Assembly (NCBI GenBank): GCA_963755715.1 | Contig: CAVWLW010000003.1 | Location: 1-64,000 of the forward strand | Direction: 5' to 3' | Source: an uncultured delta proteobacterium | Lineage (GTDB): Bacteria; Desulfobacterota; Binatia; UBA9968 | Length of the DNA: 64,000 nt | Part shown: in pieces, positions 9,525 to 19,465 of the stretch | Position numbering within the stretch: position 1 is the first letter of the stretch | Layout: every line of letters starts with the position of its first letter | Program-made: the position numbers and the translations under genes | Notes under the pieces: generated by a model | The model's input: only the letters and a program-made list of their open reading frames with translations | Told to the model about the DNA's origin: nothing | Databases searched by the model: none

Positions 9525-11064
9525 GCCCATGCTTCTTGTTCGGCCGCGATTCTTTTTTAAAGCGCAGAATCTCTAGGGATTGGATGAGCCGCTTGCGCGT
9601 CTCGTGCGGGCGGATCGCCGCGTGAGCGAATTGTTTCGCCAGCGCTTCGAACGGGCCGTTGAACCGTTCCTGATATTCGGCGATTTTCTCCGCGCGCGTT
9701 TTCGCCGGATCGGGCGATTGCTCGATTTCGCGCTTGTAAAGCACATTGACGGCGCCACCACCGCCCATAACCGCTAGTTCCACGCCGGGCCAAACGAACA
9801 ATTGATCGGCACCCATTTCGCGCGTGCACAAGGCCTGCTTGGCGCCGCCATAGCCCTTGCGTAGCACGATCGTGATTTTGGGCACCGTCGCCTCGGCGTA
9901 GGCGTAGAGCATTTTCGCGCCGTGGCGGATGATGCCTTTCTCCTCTTGCTCCTTTCCAGGAAAGAAACCGGGGACGTCCATCAACGTAATCACGGGAATA
10001 TTGAACGCGTCGCAAAAACGAATAAAACGCGCCGCTTTGTCCGAAGCATCGACGTCCAAGCTGCCGGCGAGAAACATCGGTTGGTTGGCGACGAAGCCAA
10101 CCGGATAACCGTCGAGGCGGCCAAAACCGATAACGAGGTTGCGCGCGAATTTCGCCTTCAGCTCGAAAAACTCGCCGTCGTCGACAATCGTTTTGATAAC
10201 TTGCAGGATATTGTACGCGCGCTTCATGTCCTCCGGGACGATGGTTTCCAACTTATCGAGCGAGCGCGCTGGATCATCGCTGTTTTCCTTGCGCGGTGGC
10301 AAGGACTCGAAGCTCGAGGGCAAAAAGCCGACGAGCTTTCTGATCGTGGCCAGGCATTCTTCATCGTTCTTGGCGACGAGATCGGTCACGCCGGAGACTT
10401 CGGAGTGAATTTTCGCGCCGCCCAACTCTTCCATCGTGACCGTTTCGCCGAGGACTTCTTTGATTACGGCGGGGCCGGTGATGAACATCTGGCTGGTGTT
10501 TTGCACTTGAATGATAAAATCCGTCAGGGCGGGTGAATAAGAACCCACGCCGATACAGGGCCCCATGATGGCTGAGATCTGCGGAATGCAGCCCGAGGCG
10601 ATGCTGTTTTCGAAAAAGATTTTACCGATCGCTGAAGTGACCGAGAGACCTTCCTGGATGCGCGCCCCGGCCGAGTCGTTCAACCCGATGACCGGCACGC
10701 CGAGCTTGCGCGCCGTCTGAATCACATAGGCGATTTTTTCCGCGTGGGCGCTGCCGACGCTGCCCGCGAGCACGGCACGGTCCTGGGAATAAACATAGAC
10801 CGGCCGGCCCTCGATCTTGCCAAAGCCGGTGACGACGCCGTCGGACGGCTGGCGTTTTTCCGCCATGCCGAAATCACTGCACGGCGTTTCCGCGAGCATG
10901 AATTCCTCGACGAAAGAGGCGGGATCGAGCAGTTTATCGATGCGCTCGCGGGCGGTGAGCTTGCCTTCGGCGCGCTGCCGGGCCGCCGCTTTCGGGTCGG
11001 CGTCGAGGGCGATTTGCTCGCGCTCGGAAAGCTTCTTTTCGAGATCTTGTCTGGAATGTGCCAT
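9511..11064 (-). CDS. mmdA: Acyl-CoA carboxyltransferase (methylmalonyl-CoA decarboxylase alpha / PccB family)
   Basis: GKLTARERI, DSAGARIQEG, FITGPAVI, RFIRFCDAFNIP, DVPGF, IIRHGAK, KKHGLMPV. Shares an operon with a Na+-pump beta subunit. Confidence 0.8.
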   Translation of the reverse strand: MAHSRQDLEKKLSEREQIALDADPKAAARQRAEGKLTARERIDKLLDPASFVEEFMLAETPCSDFGMAEKRQPSDGVVTGFGKIEGRPVYVYSQDRAVLAGSVGSAHAEKIAYVIQTARKLGVPVIGLNDSAGARIQEGLSVTSAIGKIFFENSIASGCIPQISAIMGPCIGVGSYSPALTDFIIQVQNTSQMFITGPAVIKEVLGETVTMEELGGAKIHSEVSGVTDLVAKNDEECLATIRKLVGFLPSSFESLPPRKENSDDPARSLDKLETIVPEDMKRAYNILQVIKTIVDDGEFFELKAKFARNLVIGFGRLDGYPVGFVANQPMFLAGSLDVDASDKAARFIRFCDAFNIPVITLMDVPGFFPGKEQEEKGIIRHGAKMLYAYAEATVPKITIVLRKGYGGAKQALCTREMGADQLFVWPGVELAVMGGGGAVNVLYKREIEQSPDPAKTRAEKIAEYQERFNGPFEALAKQFAHAAIRPHETRKRLIQSLEILRFKKESRPNKKHGLMPV

Positions 11065-11075
11065 GATTTGTTCTT

Positions 11076-12225
11076 TTAGCCGCCGACGATACCCATCCCT
11101 TGAAGCACGGAAAGCATGACCGCCGCGGCAATGACGGAGCCGATCTGGCCGCCGGCGTTGGCGCTCATGGCGTGCATCAAAAGATAGTTCTTCTTATTGT
11201 ATTTCTGACCTTCGACTTGGACGACACGGGCCGACATCGGAAACGCCGAAATACCTGCGGCGCCGATTAACGGATTGATCTTGCCGCCCGTCAGAGCGCA
11301 CATCAGCTTGCCGAAAAGCACGCCAACCGCGGTGTCCAAGCTGATGGCGATAAATCCAAGGCAGAGGATCAGCAGAGTTTCGCCGCGTAAAAAATTACTC
11401 GCCTCCATGGTCGCGCCGATGCAGAGTCCGAGCAAGAGCGTAACGATATTGGTGATTTCGTTCTCCGCGGCGTTTTTCAAGCGATCGACGACGCCGCTTT
11501 CTCGCAGCAAATTGCCGAGCATGACGGTGCCGATCAGCGGCGCGCCCTTGGGCGCCAAGATCGAGGCGAAAATCGTTACGACGATGGGGAAAACGATCTT
11601 AGTGGTTTTTGAGATCGGCTCACGCTTGGCTGCGCCCATGATGATCTGCCGTTCTTTTTCGCTGGTAAGCGCGCGCATGATCGGTGGCTGAATCAGCGGC
11701 ACCAAAGACATGTACGAATAGGCGGCCACGGAAACCGCGCCCAGCATGTGCGGCGCAAATTTCGAGCTGACGTAGATTGCCGTCGGTCCATCGCAAGCGC
11801 CGATGATCGCCACCGCGACCGCGTCTAATTTGTCGAAGCCAAGCGCCAAAGCCAGCAGCAAAGTAAGAAAGATGCCGAATTGGCCGGCCGCGCCGAGCAA
11901 GATGATCTTGGGATTTTCCAGCAGCGGCTGAAAATCCGTCATGGCGCCGATGCCGACAAAAATCAGCAGAGGAAAAACTTCGGTGAGTACGCCATTGTCG
12001 TAAAAAAAACGCAGAAAGCCTTCGTTTCCCCATCATGTCCGCCAACGGAATATTCACGAGTATAGCGCCAAAGCCGATCGGCACGAGGAGCAACGGCTCG
12101 TAGCCTTTGTTGATTCCCAAGTAAAGAAGCAATGATCCGATAACGAGCATGACCACGTGGCCGAGGCCGAGATTTGCCACGCCGAGGAAAAGCCCCTGCA
12201 AGCCCGAGGCAAGTGCGGATTCCAT
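11076..12225 (-). CDS. oadB: Na+-translocating decarboxylase beta subunit (frameshift near 12025)
   Basis: YEPLLLVPIGFG, GIGAMTDF, IIGACDGPTAIY, YSYM, NPLIGAAGISAFPMSAR. Confidence 0.92.
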
Positions 12226-12234
12226 GAAGTGAAA

Positions 12235-12381
12235 CTATCCTTTCTTAAGGTCTGCTTCAGGGCGTTGATAGGGGAAGATTTTTTTTATCAGCAGAATAAG
12301 CAGGCTCAATAACCAGAGCACCAACATAGTTCCGACCATGCCGATCAGCGCCAGCGTCCAGCCGAATGTCCACGTGTCCAT
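12235..12381 (-). CDS. Decarboxylase gamma/delta subunit (OadG/MmdD family), 48 aa
   Basis: MDTWTFGWTLALIGMVGTMLVLWLL: single TM. GAGGAG RBS. Lies between the biotin carrier and the beta subunit. Confidence 0.7.
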   Translation of the reverse strand: MDTWTFGWTLALIGMVGTMLVLWLLSLLILLIKKIFPYQRPEADLKKG

Positions 12382-12430
12382 TGCTTCTCCTCGCAGTCGC
12401 TCAACAAGTTGTGAATTTGACTCGGCGGGG

Positions 12431-12646
12431 TTACTCGATAACGGCGAGCGCCTGCTCGGCTTCAACGGCTTGCCCCGGTGAAACCATGATTTCTTTCAAC
12501 GTTCCGGCCACCGGCGCGACAATGGGAATTTCCATTTTCATCGCTTCCATGACGATCACGACTTCGTCTTCATCGACATGGTCGCCTACCTGTTTCTCGA
12601 TTCTCAAAATCTTACCGACCATCGGTGCTTCGACGCTTGTGGCCAA
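12431..12646 (-). CDS. Biotin carboxyl carrier protein
   Basis: EAMKM biotinylation motif. TTG start behind GAAGGAGAG. Confidence 0.9.
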   Translation of the reverse strand: MATSVEAPMVGKILRIEKQVGDHVDEDEVVIVMEAMKMEIPIVAPVAGTLKEIMVSPGQAVEAEQALAVIE

Positions 12647-12896
12647 GGATTCTCTCCTTCTTATTAATTCGATTTTGCTTTCGCCCGCGGGGCGCCATGC
12701 GGCGCCATGTGCAGCGTGACAACTTTGTGCCATTTAGTAGAGTTTCGCCTGTGTTGTCAATGACGTTCGAGGCTTTTACCGTTTGTAAATCACGAGCGCA
12801 AAAAGCTCATTCACGTCCTGCTATAAGCGCCCGTTCCACCTTGCTTTCAGCTGATGTATACGATAGTAATCGGATAGTTTATTTCGGAGGAATATT

Positions 12897-13991
12897 ATGT
12901 CCAAACCCGCGACGCAACTAGAGAATGTGATGGATAACATTCCCTATTACGACAAATGGCAGCTCGATGAAGGGATCCCGGTCATCAAAACTTTTTTTGT
13001 GCAAGATCTAAAAAAAGTCGAGCTAAAATCCTGGAGCAGAACCGGCGGCAACGGTGCCTTTATTAATATGGAAGGCGCGGAGGGCGCCACGGGCGCTTAT
13101 GTCAGTGAAATTCCAGCAGGGAAAAAACTGAATCCAGCCAGACATCTATACGAAGATTTGCATTTCGTGCTCAAGGGACGCGGCGGGACGACGATATGGA
13201 ATGGCAAAGGGGCAAAGCAGAACTTTGAGTGGCAAGAGGGCAGCCTGTTTGCGTTACCGCTCAACTGCACCTATCAGCATTTCAACGGTTCGGGCGACGA
13301 GCCGGCAAGATTTTTTTCGGTCAACAGCATGCCGATCGTGTTCAACTTGTTTCACGATGCGGACTTCATTTTTAACACGCCGCGCGATTTCACGGATCGC
13401 TTTGACGGTGATCCGGAATACTTTAGCGGCAAAGGCAAGGCCTATCCCGGCCGGGTTTGGGACACCAACTTCATCGCCGACGCGCGCAACTTTGCGCTCG
13501 AAGATTGGAAAGAGCGCGGCGCAGCCGGCAAAAACGTGATGCTAGAAATGGCCAGCGGCTCGATGGCGGCGCATATTTCCGAGTTCCCGATCGGCACTTA
13601 TAAAAAGGCCCATCGCCACGGTCCAGGGTTCAACGTCATTATTATCAAGGGCCAAGGCTTCTCGTTGTTCTGGCGCGAGGGCGAAGAGCCCAAGCGCTAC
13701 GACTGGCAGGATGGCAGCGTCTTCACGCCGCCGGCAATGATGTGGCACCAGCATTTTAACACCGGCGCCACGGGAGCACGCTATCTGCCGCCGCGCCTCG
13801 GCGGGATCAAGTACAGCCTCGGCGAAAGCTTCGGTGATATCAGCAAGGTCGATAAGGACGTTAAAGCCGGCGGGAACCAAATCGAGTACTACGACGAAGC
13901 TCCGTGGATCCGCAAGATGTTCGAGGAAGAGCTCGCCAAATCCAGCACCTCTACTCGGATGAACCCGGACTTTTATAAAAAACCAGCCTAA
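12897..13991 (+). CDS. Bicupin protein (gentisate-dioxygenase-like fold), substrate unknown
   Basis: RHLYED...YQHFN and AHRHGPG...WHQHFN cupin motifs. GGAGG RBS. Confidence 0.75.
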   Translation: MSKPATQLENVMDNIPYYDKWQLDEGIPVIKTFFVQDLKKVELKSWSRTGGNGAFINMEGAEGATGAYVSEIPAGKKLNPARHLYEDLHFVLKGRGGTTIWNGKGAKQNFEWQEGSLFALPLNCTYQHFNGSGDEPARFFSVNSMPIVFNLFHDADFIFNTPRDFTDRFDGDPEYFSGKGKAYPGRVWDTNFIADARNFALEDWKERGAAGKNVMLEMASGSMAAHISEFPIGTYKKAHRHGPGFNVIIIKGQGFSLFWREGEEPKRYDWQDGSVFTPPAMMWHQHFNTGATGARYLPPRLGGIKYSLGESFGDISKVDKDVKAGGNQIEYYDEAPWIRKMFEEELAKSSTSTRMNPDFYKKPA

Positions 13992-14011
13992 AGCAAATTT
14001 GCTTACGAGTG

Positions 14012-14048
14012 AAAGCCCCGCCGGAAAACCACCGAGCGGGGCTTTTTT
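14012..14048 (+). terminator. Rho-independent terminator
   Basis: AAAGCCCCGC ... GCGGGGCTTT followed by a T tract. Confidence 0.85.
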
Positions 14049-14101
14049 GTGTCTTGGTAAAATTATTGAGAGTTTTCTCAAGCCTGTGCTAGATTTAGCC
14101 G

Positions 14102-14674
14102 ATGTCGGCTGCGCGATTAATCCCATTGGCCTCGTTTGTGATTAATATAATGATGCTGGGTCAAGTTTTGCTGGCGAGCGCCGCGGAAAAAAGAACGGTG
14201 GTTTTTGCGGCGCCGACGGTAGGTCTGTTTCCTCCAGGTGATTCCTCTCCGGTAGCCGGCACAATCGCGGCTCGACTGACGTTTGATGAGTCTACTTATT
14301 TCGTTCTCGCCGCGGCTGAAGAGCCGACCCAAAGTGCGGCAATTGTTTCGAGCGAGTCGAAAGCCAAAACCGTGGATGTAAATGTCAACGAGAAAAGTAC
14401 GGTGAAAGCCGTCGAGTCCCCGGCGCGAGCGGCTGGTAGGAGTGACATCGCTCCTCAACCACAGTCGAAATCGATAGTGCCGATTCAAAATATGCAAAAA
14501 GAAAAAGCTCTCCCTGAGAAGCCCCGCTCGATTATGCAAATGTTAGAGGGACATGAAACGGAATTGCTGGTGGCCGCGGCGATCGCCGTGGCGTTCTTTT
14601 CGGTCGGTTGGGTTTGCGGCGGCAACTACTATCTGCGCCGCGACCGGCGGCGTCGGACCCAGCTCCGATTTTGA
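14102..14674 (+). CDS. Hypothetical protein with signal peptide and C-terminal TM plus Arg-rich tail
   Basis: Hydrophobic N-terminus, low-complexity middle, TM followed by RRDRRRR. Confidence 0.5.
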   Translation: MSAARLIPLASFVINIMMLGQVLLASAAEKRTVVFAAPTVGLFPPGDSSPVAGTIAARLTFDESTYFVLAAAEEPTQSAAIVSSESKAKTVDVNVNEKSTVKAVESPARAAGRSDIAPQPQSKSIVPIQNMQKEKALPEKPRSIMQMLEGHETELLVAAAIAVAFFSVGWVCGGNYYLRRDRRRRTQLRF

Positions 14675-14701
14675 TTAGGTCTGCTGCTTCGAACCTCCTT
14701 C

Positions 14702-15295
14702 ATGGAAGTCATTGTCGCGCTCGTTGCTTATCTAGTTGGTTCCATCCCCACAGGATTTATCATCGGCAAACTCGCAGGGATCGATGTCAGAACGGCGGGG
14801 AGCGGAAATATCGGCGCCACTAACGTGGCCCGCGTGATGGGCAAGGGACGCGGCCTTCTGACTTTGCTCGCGGATATCGCCAAAGGATTTGTCCCGGTGT
14901 TCGCGGCGCAGCAAATGGCATTCAGCCACACGGCAGTGGCTGTGATCGCCGCCGCCGCCTTCTTGGGGCATCTCTACCCGATCTTTCTAAAATTTCGCGG
15001 CGGCAAAGGGGTGGCGACCGCGTTCGGAGCTTTACTGGCCTTGGCGCCCGAGGTGACTTTGATTTTGCTCGCGGTATTTATCTGCGCGGCTTTGCTGAGC
15101 CGAATCGTATCACTCGGCTCGATCGGCGCCGCGCTCGCGGCGCCGATCTTGTTTTGGGTTTTTTCTTATCCAACGCCGCTCGTGGCGCTAACGGTTTTTC
15201 TCGCGGCGATGATCGTTATCCGTCACCGCGCTAACATAAAGCGGTTGCTTAATGGCGCTGAACCGCGATTTGGCGCGCGGCCTAGTTCTCGATAA
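14702..15295 (+). CDS. plsY: Glycerol-3-phosphate acyltransferase PlsY
   Basis: YLVGSIP, GSGNIGATN, GHLYPIFLKFRGGKGVAT, RHRANIKRL. Confidence 0.95.
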   Translation: MEVIVALVAYLVGSIPTGFIIGKLAGIDVRTAGSGNIGATNVARVMGKGRGLLTLLADIAKGFVPVFAAQQMAFSHTAVAVIAAAAFLGHLYPIFLKFRGGKGVATAFGALLALAPEVTLILLAVFICAALLSRIVSLGSIGAALAAPILFWVFSYPTPLVALTVFLAAMIVIRHRANIKRLLNGAEPRFGARPSSR

Positions 15296-15993
15296 TGACT
15301 TCGACTCGGCGGTTTTGCTGCCGTCCGCTCTCGGTGTCATTGGAAGCAACGGGCGCGCGCGTTCCGAGGCCTTGGGAGGAAACGTTTCTTCCGTTTACGC
15401 CGTTGCGTTCTAGGGAGTCGGCGACGGTGCTCGCGCGCCGTTCCGAGAGGCGTTGGTTGTACGCTTCCTGAGCGGCGCTTTCCCGACTGGCGTGGCCCTC
15501 GACGGTGATGCGTCGATTGGGCGCATCGCGCTTGATGATGTCGGCGATTTGATTGACTTTATTTCTGCCGTCGCGCGTCAAGTCCGCGCTGTCAAATTCA
15601 AAGTTCACATTGGGTAAATTGACCGCGACGCCGCGGCTCGTTTCTTTCGCCTCGATGTTTCTTTTTTTCAGCTCTTCGATCAGAGCACGGTTCTTTTCAA
15701 TCTCGGCGCGCTGCTGATCGATCGACTGCTGCTGTTCCTTCTGCTTGTTCTCTTGCCCTAGCAATTGGTCCCCGACGAGCGCTCCGGTTCCCAACCCCAG
15801 CACGCCGCCGATCGCAGCCCCGGCGCCAGGATGACCCACCGCCGCGCCGATGGCGCCTCCCGCAGCGGCGCCACCTAGCGCGCCGATGCCTGCGCCCTTT
15901 TCACGCGTGGTGAAGTCGCCGCCAGCACACCCCGCGCCGATCGATGACGGCCAGCAATAGCGTGCAAATAGATGACTGAGGGGAAATTTTCAT
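15282..15993 (-). CDS. OmpA-family lipoprotein with glycine zipper (frameshift near 15943)
   Basis: IGAGC lipobox once one extra base is removed, glycine zipper, FEFDSADL, NQRLSERRA, NRRVEV. Confidence 0.85.
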
Positions 15994-16095
15994 GGTGGTT
16001 CCTCCCACCGATGGGTGACCAATGATTGCGTTGGGTCCAATTGTTACTCAATGCCCGACTGCAATTTTTCAGCGCCGGCGATCACCCTAGCGTTC

Positions 16096-16434
16096 TTAAT
16101 ACTCACGCTGGCGACGGAGTTCCTCAAGTTCTTTGCGTTGTCGCTCGATTTCAGCCTGGTTGGCGTCCGTCTGGCGTTGTTGATCGGTCTGTCTGTTTTG
16201 CTGTCCCTGAAGTTGATCGCCAACTAGGGCGCCGCTCCCGAGCCCCAGCGCGCCGCCGATCGCGGCACCGGCACCCGGATGACCCACTGCTGCGCCGATG
16301 ATCCCGCCGGCGGCAGCGCCGCCTAAAGCGCCGATGCCCGCGCCCTTTTCGCGCGTGCTCAAATCGCCGCCGGCACACCCAGCCATGGCAGTGAGGGTGA
16401 AAACAACTGCCACCATAGTCAATGCCCGTTTCAT
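16096..16434 (-). CDS. Glycine-zipper lipoprotein with coiled-coil tail
   Basis: MAGC lipobox, GAGIGALGGAAAGGIIG repeats. GGAGG RBS. Confidence 0.8.
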   Translation of the reverse strand: MKRALTMVAVVFTLTAMAGCAGGDLSTREKGAGIGALGGAAAGGIIGAAVGHPGAGAAIGGALGLGSGALVGDQLQGQQNRQTDQQRQTDANQAEIERQRKELEELRRQREY

Positions 16435-16597
16435 TGTACCTCCGAAAGTTATGGGGATGGAAACATCGAAGTTAAGTAATTGTAGCAAAGGCGTTTTTCC
16501 CCAGCAAGGTACAATAAATTTTCCAGCCGCAATCACCGAATAATCCTAAGCAGCTTGGACGCCGGGTGTACTTAATTGTTAATGCGTAGCCGTGCTG

Positions 16598-16627
16598 TTG
16601 ACATCGTAGACCTTATAAGTCTAGAGT
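16598..16627 (+). promoter_or_regulatory. Sigma-70-like promoter overlapped by palindromic operator TAGAC-N7-GTCTA
   Basis: TTGACA at 16598, TAGAGT at 16622, palindrome at 16607-16623, directly upstream of mrp. Confidence 0.55.
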
Positions 16628-16645
16628 TTTTAAGAAAGGATTTTT

Positions 16646-17746
16646 GTGGAAAATCTGACTGAAGAACGTATTCTCGACGCATTGCGTAAAGTTCAAGATC
16701 CCGAGCTTCATCGCGATATTGTCAGCCTTGGCATGGTGAAGAACCTGGCCGTGACTAATGGCAATGTGAGTTTCACGGTGGAGCTTACGACACCGGCCTG
16801 TCCACTGCGCGAAACCATCGACAACGATTGTAAAAAAGCTTTGGGCGAGATCGCCGGCATCGATACCGTCCAGATAAATTTCGGCGCTCAGGTGCGCGGC
16901 AGCAAGGCCGGCGCCGGGCAGACCGATTTATTGCCCACAGTGAAAAACGTCGTGCTGGTCGCCGCGGGGAAAGGCGGCGTAGGAAAATCGACGGTGGCGG
17001 CGAATTTGGCGGTGGCGTTAAAAATGCATGGCGCCGCGACGGGATTGCTCGATGCCGATATTTACGGGCCGTCCGTGCCGATCATCATGGGCGTCAAAGG
17101 CGAGCCAAAGCAGATCGATGTCGACGGCAGTCGCAAAATCGAACCGACCATGGCTCATGGCTTGCCGGTCATGTCGATCGGCTTTTTCCTCGACCCGGAT
17201 CAGGCCGTGATCTGGCGCGGCCCGATGCTCGGTAAGGCATTGCATCAATTGATGGCGGACGTGCATTGGGGTGATTTGGACTACCTCGTCGTCGATATGC
17301 CGCCGGGCACCGGCGATGTGCAAATCACTTTTTCGCAGCAGCTCAAGGTGAGCGGCGCCTTGTTGGTCGCAACGCCGCAGGAAGTAGCGCTCGCGGACGT
17401 GGTGCGCGCTAAATCAATGTTCGATAAAGTGATGATCCCGATCGTCGGCATCGTCGAGAACATGAGCTACTTTGTTTGCGACGGTTGCGGCAAGAAGCAC
17501 GAGATATTTTCCCGCGGTGGCGCGCAACGCGTAGCGGAACGCTTCAAAATCCCTTATCTCGGTGAAATTCCCATCACGCCATCGCTGCGCGAAGGCGGCG
17601 ATAAAGGCGTGCCGAGTCTGATTCAGGATCCAAAGAGTGAAGTCAGTCAAAGTTTTTTGGCGATCGCGGCAAAGTTGGCTGGACAGCTGTCGATCGTCTC
17701 GGAACAGGCAAAGAAAGCCCAAGGGCTCAAGATCGTGTCGAGCTAG
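16646..17746 (+). CDS. apbC: Mrp/ApbC/NBP35 Fe-S cluster carrier ATPase with N-terminal DUF59 domain
   Basis: VQDPEL, LTTPACP, GKGGVGKST, DADIYGPS, WRGPM, DMPPGTGD, ENMS, CDGC. Confidence 0.95.
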   Translation: MENLTEERILDALRKVQDPELHRDIVSLGMVKNLAVTNGNVSFTVELTTPACPLRETIDNDCKKALGEIAGIDTVQINFGAQVRGSKAGAGQTDLLPTVKNVVLVAAGKGGVGKSTVAANLAVALKMHGAATGLLDADIYGPSVPIIMGVKGEPKQIDVDGSRKIEPTMAHGLPVMSIGFFLDPDQAVIWRGPMLGKALHQLMADVHWGDLDYLVVDMPPGTGDVQITFSQQLKVSGALLVATPQEVALADVVRAKSMFDKVMIPIVGIVENMSYFVCDGCGKKHEIFSRGGAQRVAERFKIPYLGEIPITPSLREGGDKGVPSLIQDPKSEVSQSFLAIAAKLAGQLSIVSEQAKKAQGLKIVSS

Positions 17747-17787
17747 GCAGGGCAGACGCCTAGCCGCGTTCCTAAGGAGCAAATCTC

Positions 17788-18087
17788 ATGGTGACAAAAG
17801 AACAGGTCTACGAAGCGTTGCAAGAATGTTACGATCCGGAAATTCCGGTCAACATCGTCGATCTAGGTCTCATCTACGACGTCGAAATCAATAACGATAA
17901 CGTCGCAGTGAAAATGACGTTGACAGCGCCGGGCTGCGGCATGGGCACCATGATCGCCGCGGATGCAAAGCAGAAAATTATGGCGCTCGAAGGCGTCGGC
18001 GACGCCACCGTCGATCTCGTCTGGGATCCACCCTGGAACCCGAGCATGATTCGCGAAGAGGCCAAACAGCGCCTCGGCATCGTTTGA
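17788..18087 (+). CDS. sufT: DUF59/SufT metal-sulfur cluster assembly factor
   Basis: YDPEIPVNIVDLGLIY, MTLTAPGC, WDPPW. Confidence 0.88.
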   Translation: MVTKEQVYEALQECYDPEIPVNIVDLGLIYDVEINNDNVAVKMTLTAPGCGMGTMIAADAKQKIMALEGVGDATVDLVWDPPWNPSMIREEAKQRLGIV

Positions 18088-18168
18088 GCGCGCATCCGCC
18101 GAGTCGAAGCATTCCGCAGTGAAAAAGATATTGCTTCAGCGGATCATCGTTGATCCCGGTCTTCGATA

Positions 18169-19419
18169 ATGAACGACAAACCCAGGGTGCGTCCGGTTGA
18201 GGCCTTTCCAGTTCAACAAGACGGCAAGACATTGGTTTATCTGAAAGACCCTTTGAATTTCGCCACGCCGCTGGGAATCTCGCCGGCGGGATATTTCGTC
18301 CTGGCGCATTTCGACGGCCAACATTCCTTCACGGACGTTCAAGAAGCCTATTGCAAGCAGTTTGGCTCACTGCTGATGAGCGACGACTTGAAAAGCTTCG
18401 TCGACATGCTCGATCAGCATTACTATCTGGATAGCGAACGGTTCCGCGATTACAAAAACGCGGTGGTACTGGAATTTCGTAACCAAACGACGCGCGTGCC
18501 GGCGCATGTCGGTGGCGTTTACAAAGCCGATCCCGAAGAATTAAAAACTCAACTCGAAGGATTTTTTAGCGCCCCGAACGGTCCGGGACTGCCCAATAGC
18601 CAACTCGCCGGGTCGACACCGCGGGCGATCGTCGCGCCGCACATTGACTTTCATCGTGGCGGTCCCGCCTACGCGTGGGCTTACAAGCCGTTGGCTGAAA
18701 GCGACGGCGCGGATCTTTACATTCTCCTCGGCACCTCGCATTACAGCGGCCAGACGCCGTACATTTTGACGCTCAAGAATTTTGCAACTCCGCTCGGTCT
18801 CGTCGAAACGGATCGCGATTTCGTCCAGCGCTTGCAGGCGAAATGCGCCGAGGATTGTTTTACCGATGAGTACTTGCATCGGGGCGAGCACTCGCTCGAA
18901 TTTCAGGTGGTTTTCCTAAAATACATCGCGCAACAGCGCGCCGCTTTAACCGGACGGCCGGAGAAGCCGTTTAAGATCGTGCCGATTCTCGTATCGTCGT
19001 TTCATTCCGCGGTCGTCAACCAGACGCTTCCTGAAAAAGATTCGGCCGTGGGAACCTTTTTACGGACGCTGCGCGATTTGGCGGCATTGGAGAGGCGGCG
19101 AGTTTGTTTTGTGGCCGGGGTGGATCTCGCGCACGTCGGCAGACAGTTCGGCGATCGCGAGCCGATCACGGATGATTTTCTCAAGTGGGTTGAAAGCGAG
19201 GATCAAAAACTCGTCAACCGGTTGGTGGCGTTGGACGCGCCCGGTTTTTTCAACGCGGTCGCTAAAGATCAGGATAAGCGCCGCATCTGCGGCTTCTCAC
19301 CGCTCTATTCATTGATTCATCTGCTCGACGGCGCGCGGGGCAATCATCTCAAGTACAGCCAGGCGTTCACGCCGGAAACCGGCTCCGCGGTTACGTTTAG
19401 CAGTTTAATTTTTGAATAA
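18169..19419 (+). CDS. MEMO1-family protein (AmmeMemoRadiSam protein B) with extra N-terminal domain
   Basis: VAPHID, LGTSH, EHSLEFQ, DLAHVG, RICG. Confidence 0.85.
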   Translation: MNDKPRVRPVEAFPVQQDGKTLVYLKDPLNFATPLGISPAGYFVLAHFDGQHSFTDVQEAYCKQFGSLLMSDDLKSFVDMLDQHYYLDSERFRDYKNAVVLEFRNQTTRVPAHVGGVYKADPEELKTQLEGFFSAPNGPGLPNSQLAGSTPRAIVAPHIDFHRGGPAYAWAYKPLAESDGADLYILLGTSHYSGQTPYILTLKNFATPLGLVETDRDFVQRLQAKCAEDCFTDEYLHRGEHSLEFQVVFLKYIAQQRAALTGRPEKPFKIVPILVSSFHSAVVNQTLPEKDSAVGTFLRTLRDLAALERRRVCFVAGVDLAHVGRQFGDREPITDDFLKWVESEDQKLVNRLVALDAPGFFNAVAKDQDKRRICGFSPLYSLIHLLDGARGNHLKYSQAFTPETGSAVTFSSLIFE

Positions 19420-19465
19420 CCGTTCGATTCTTGATTCCCGGCACGTTTCACATTCAAGCCACGCA

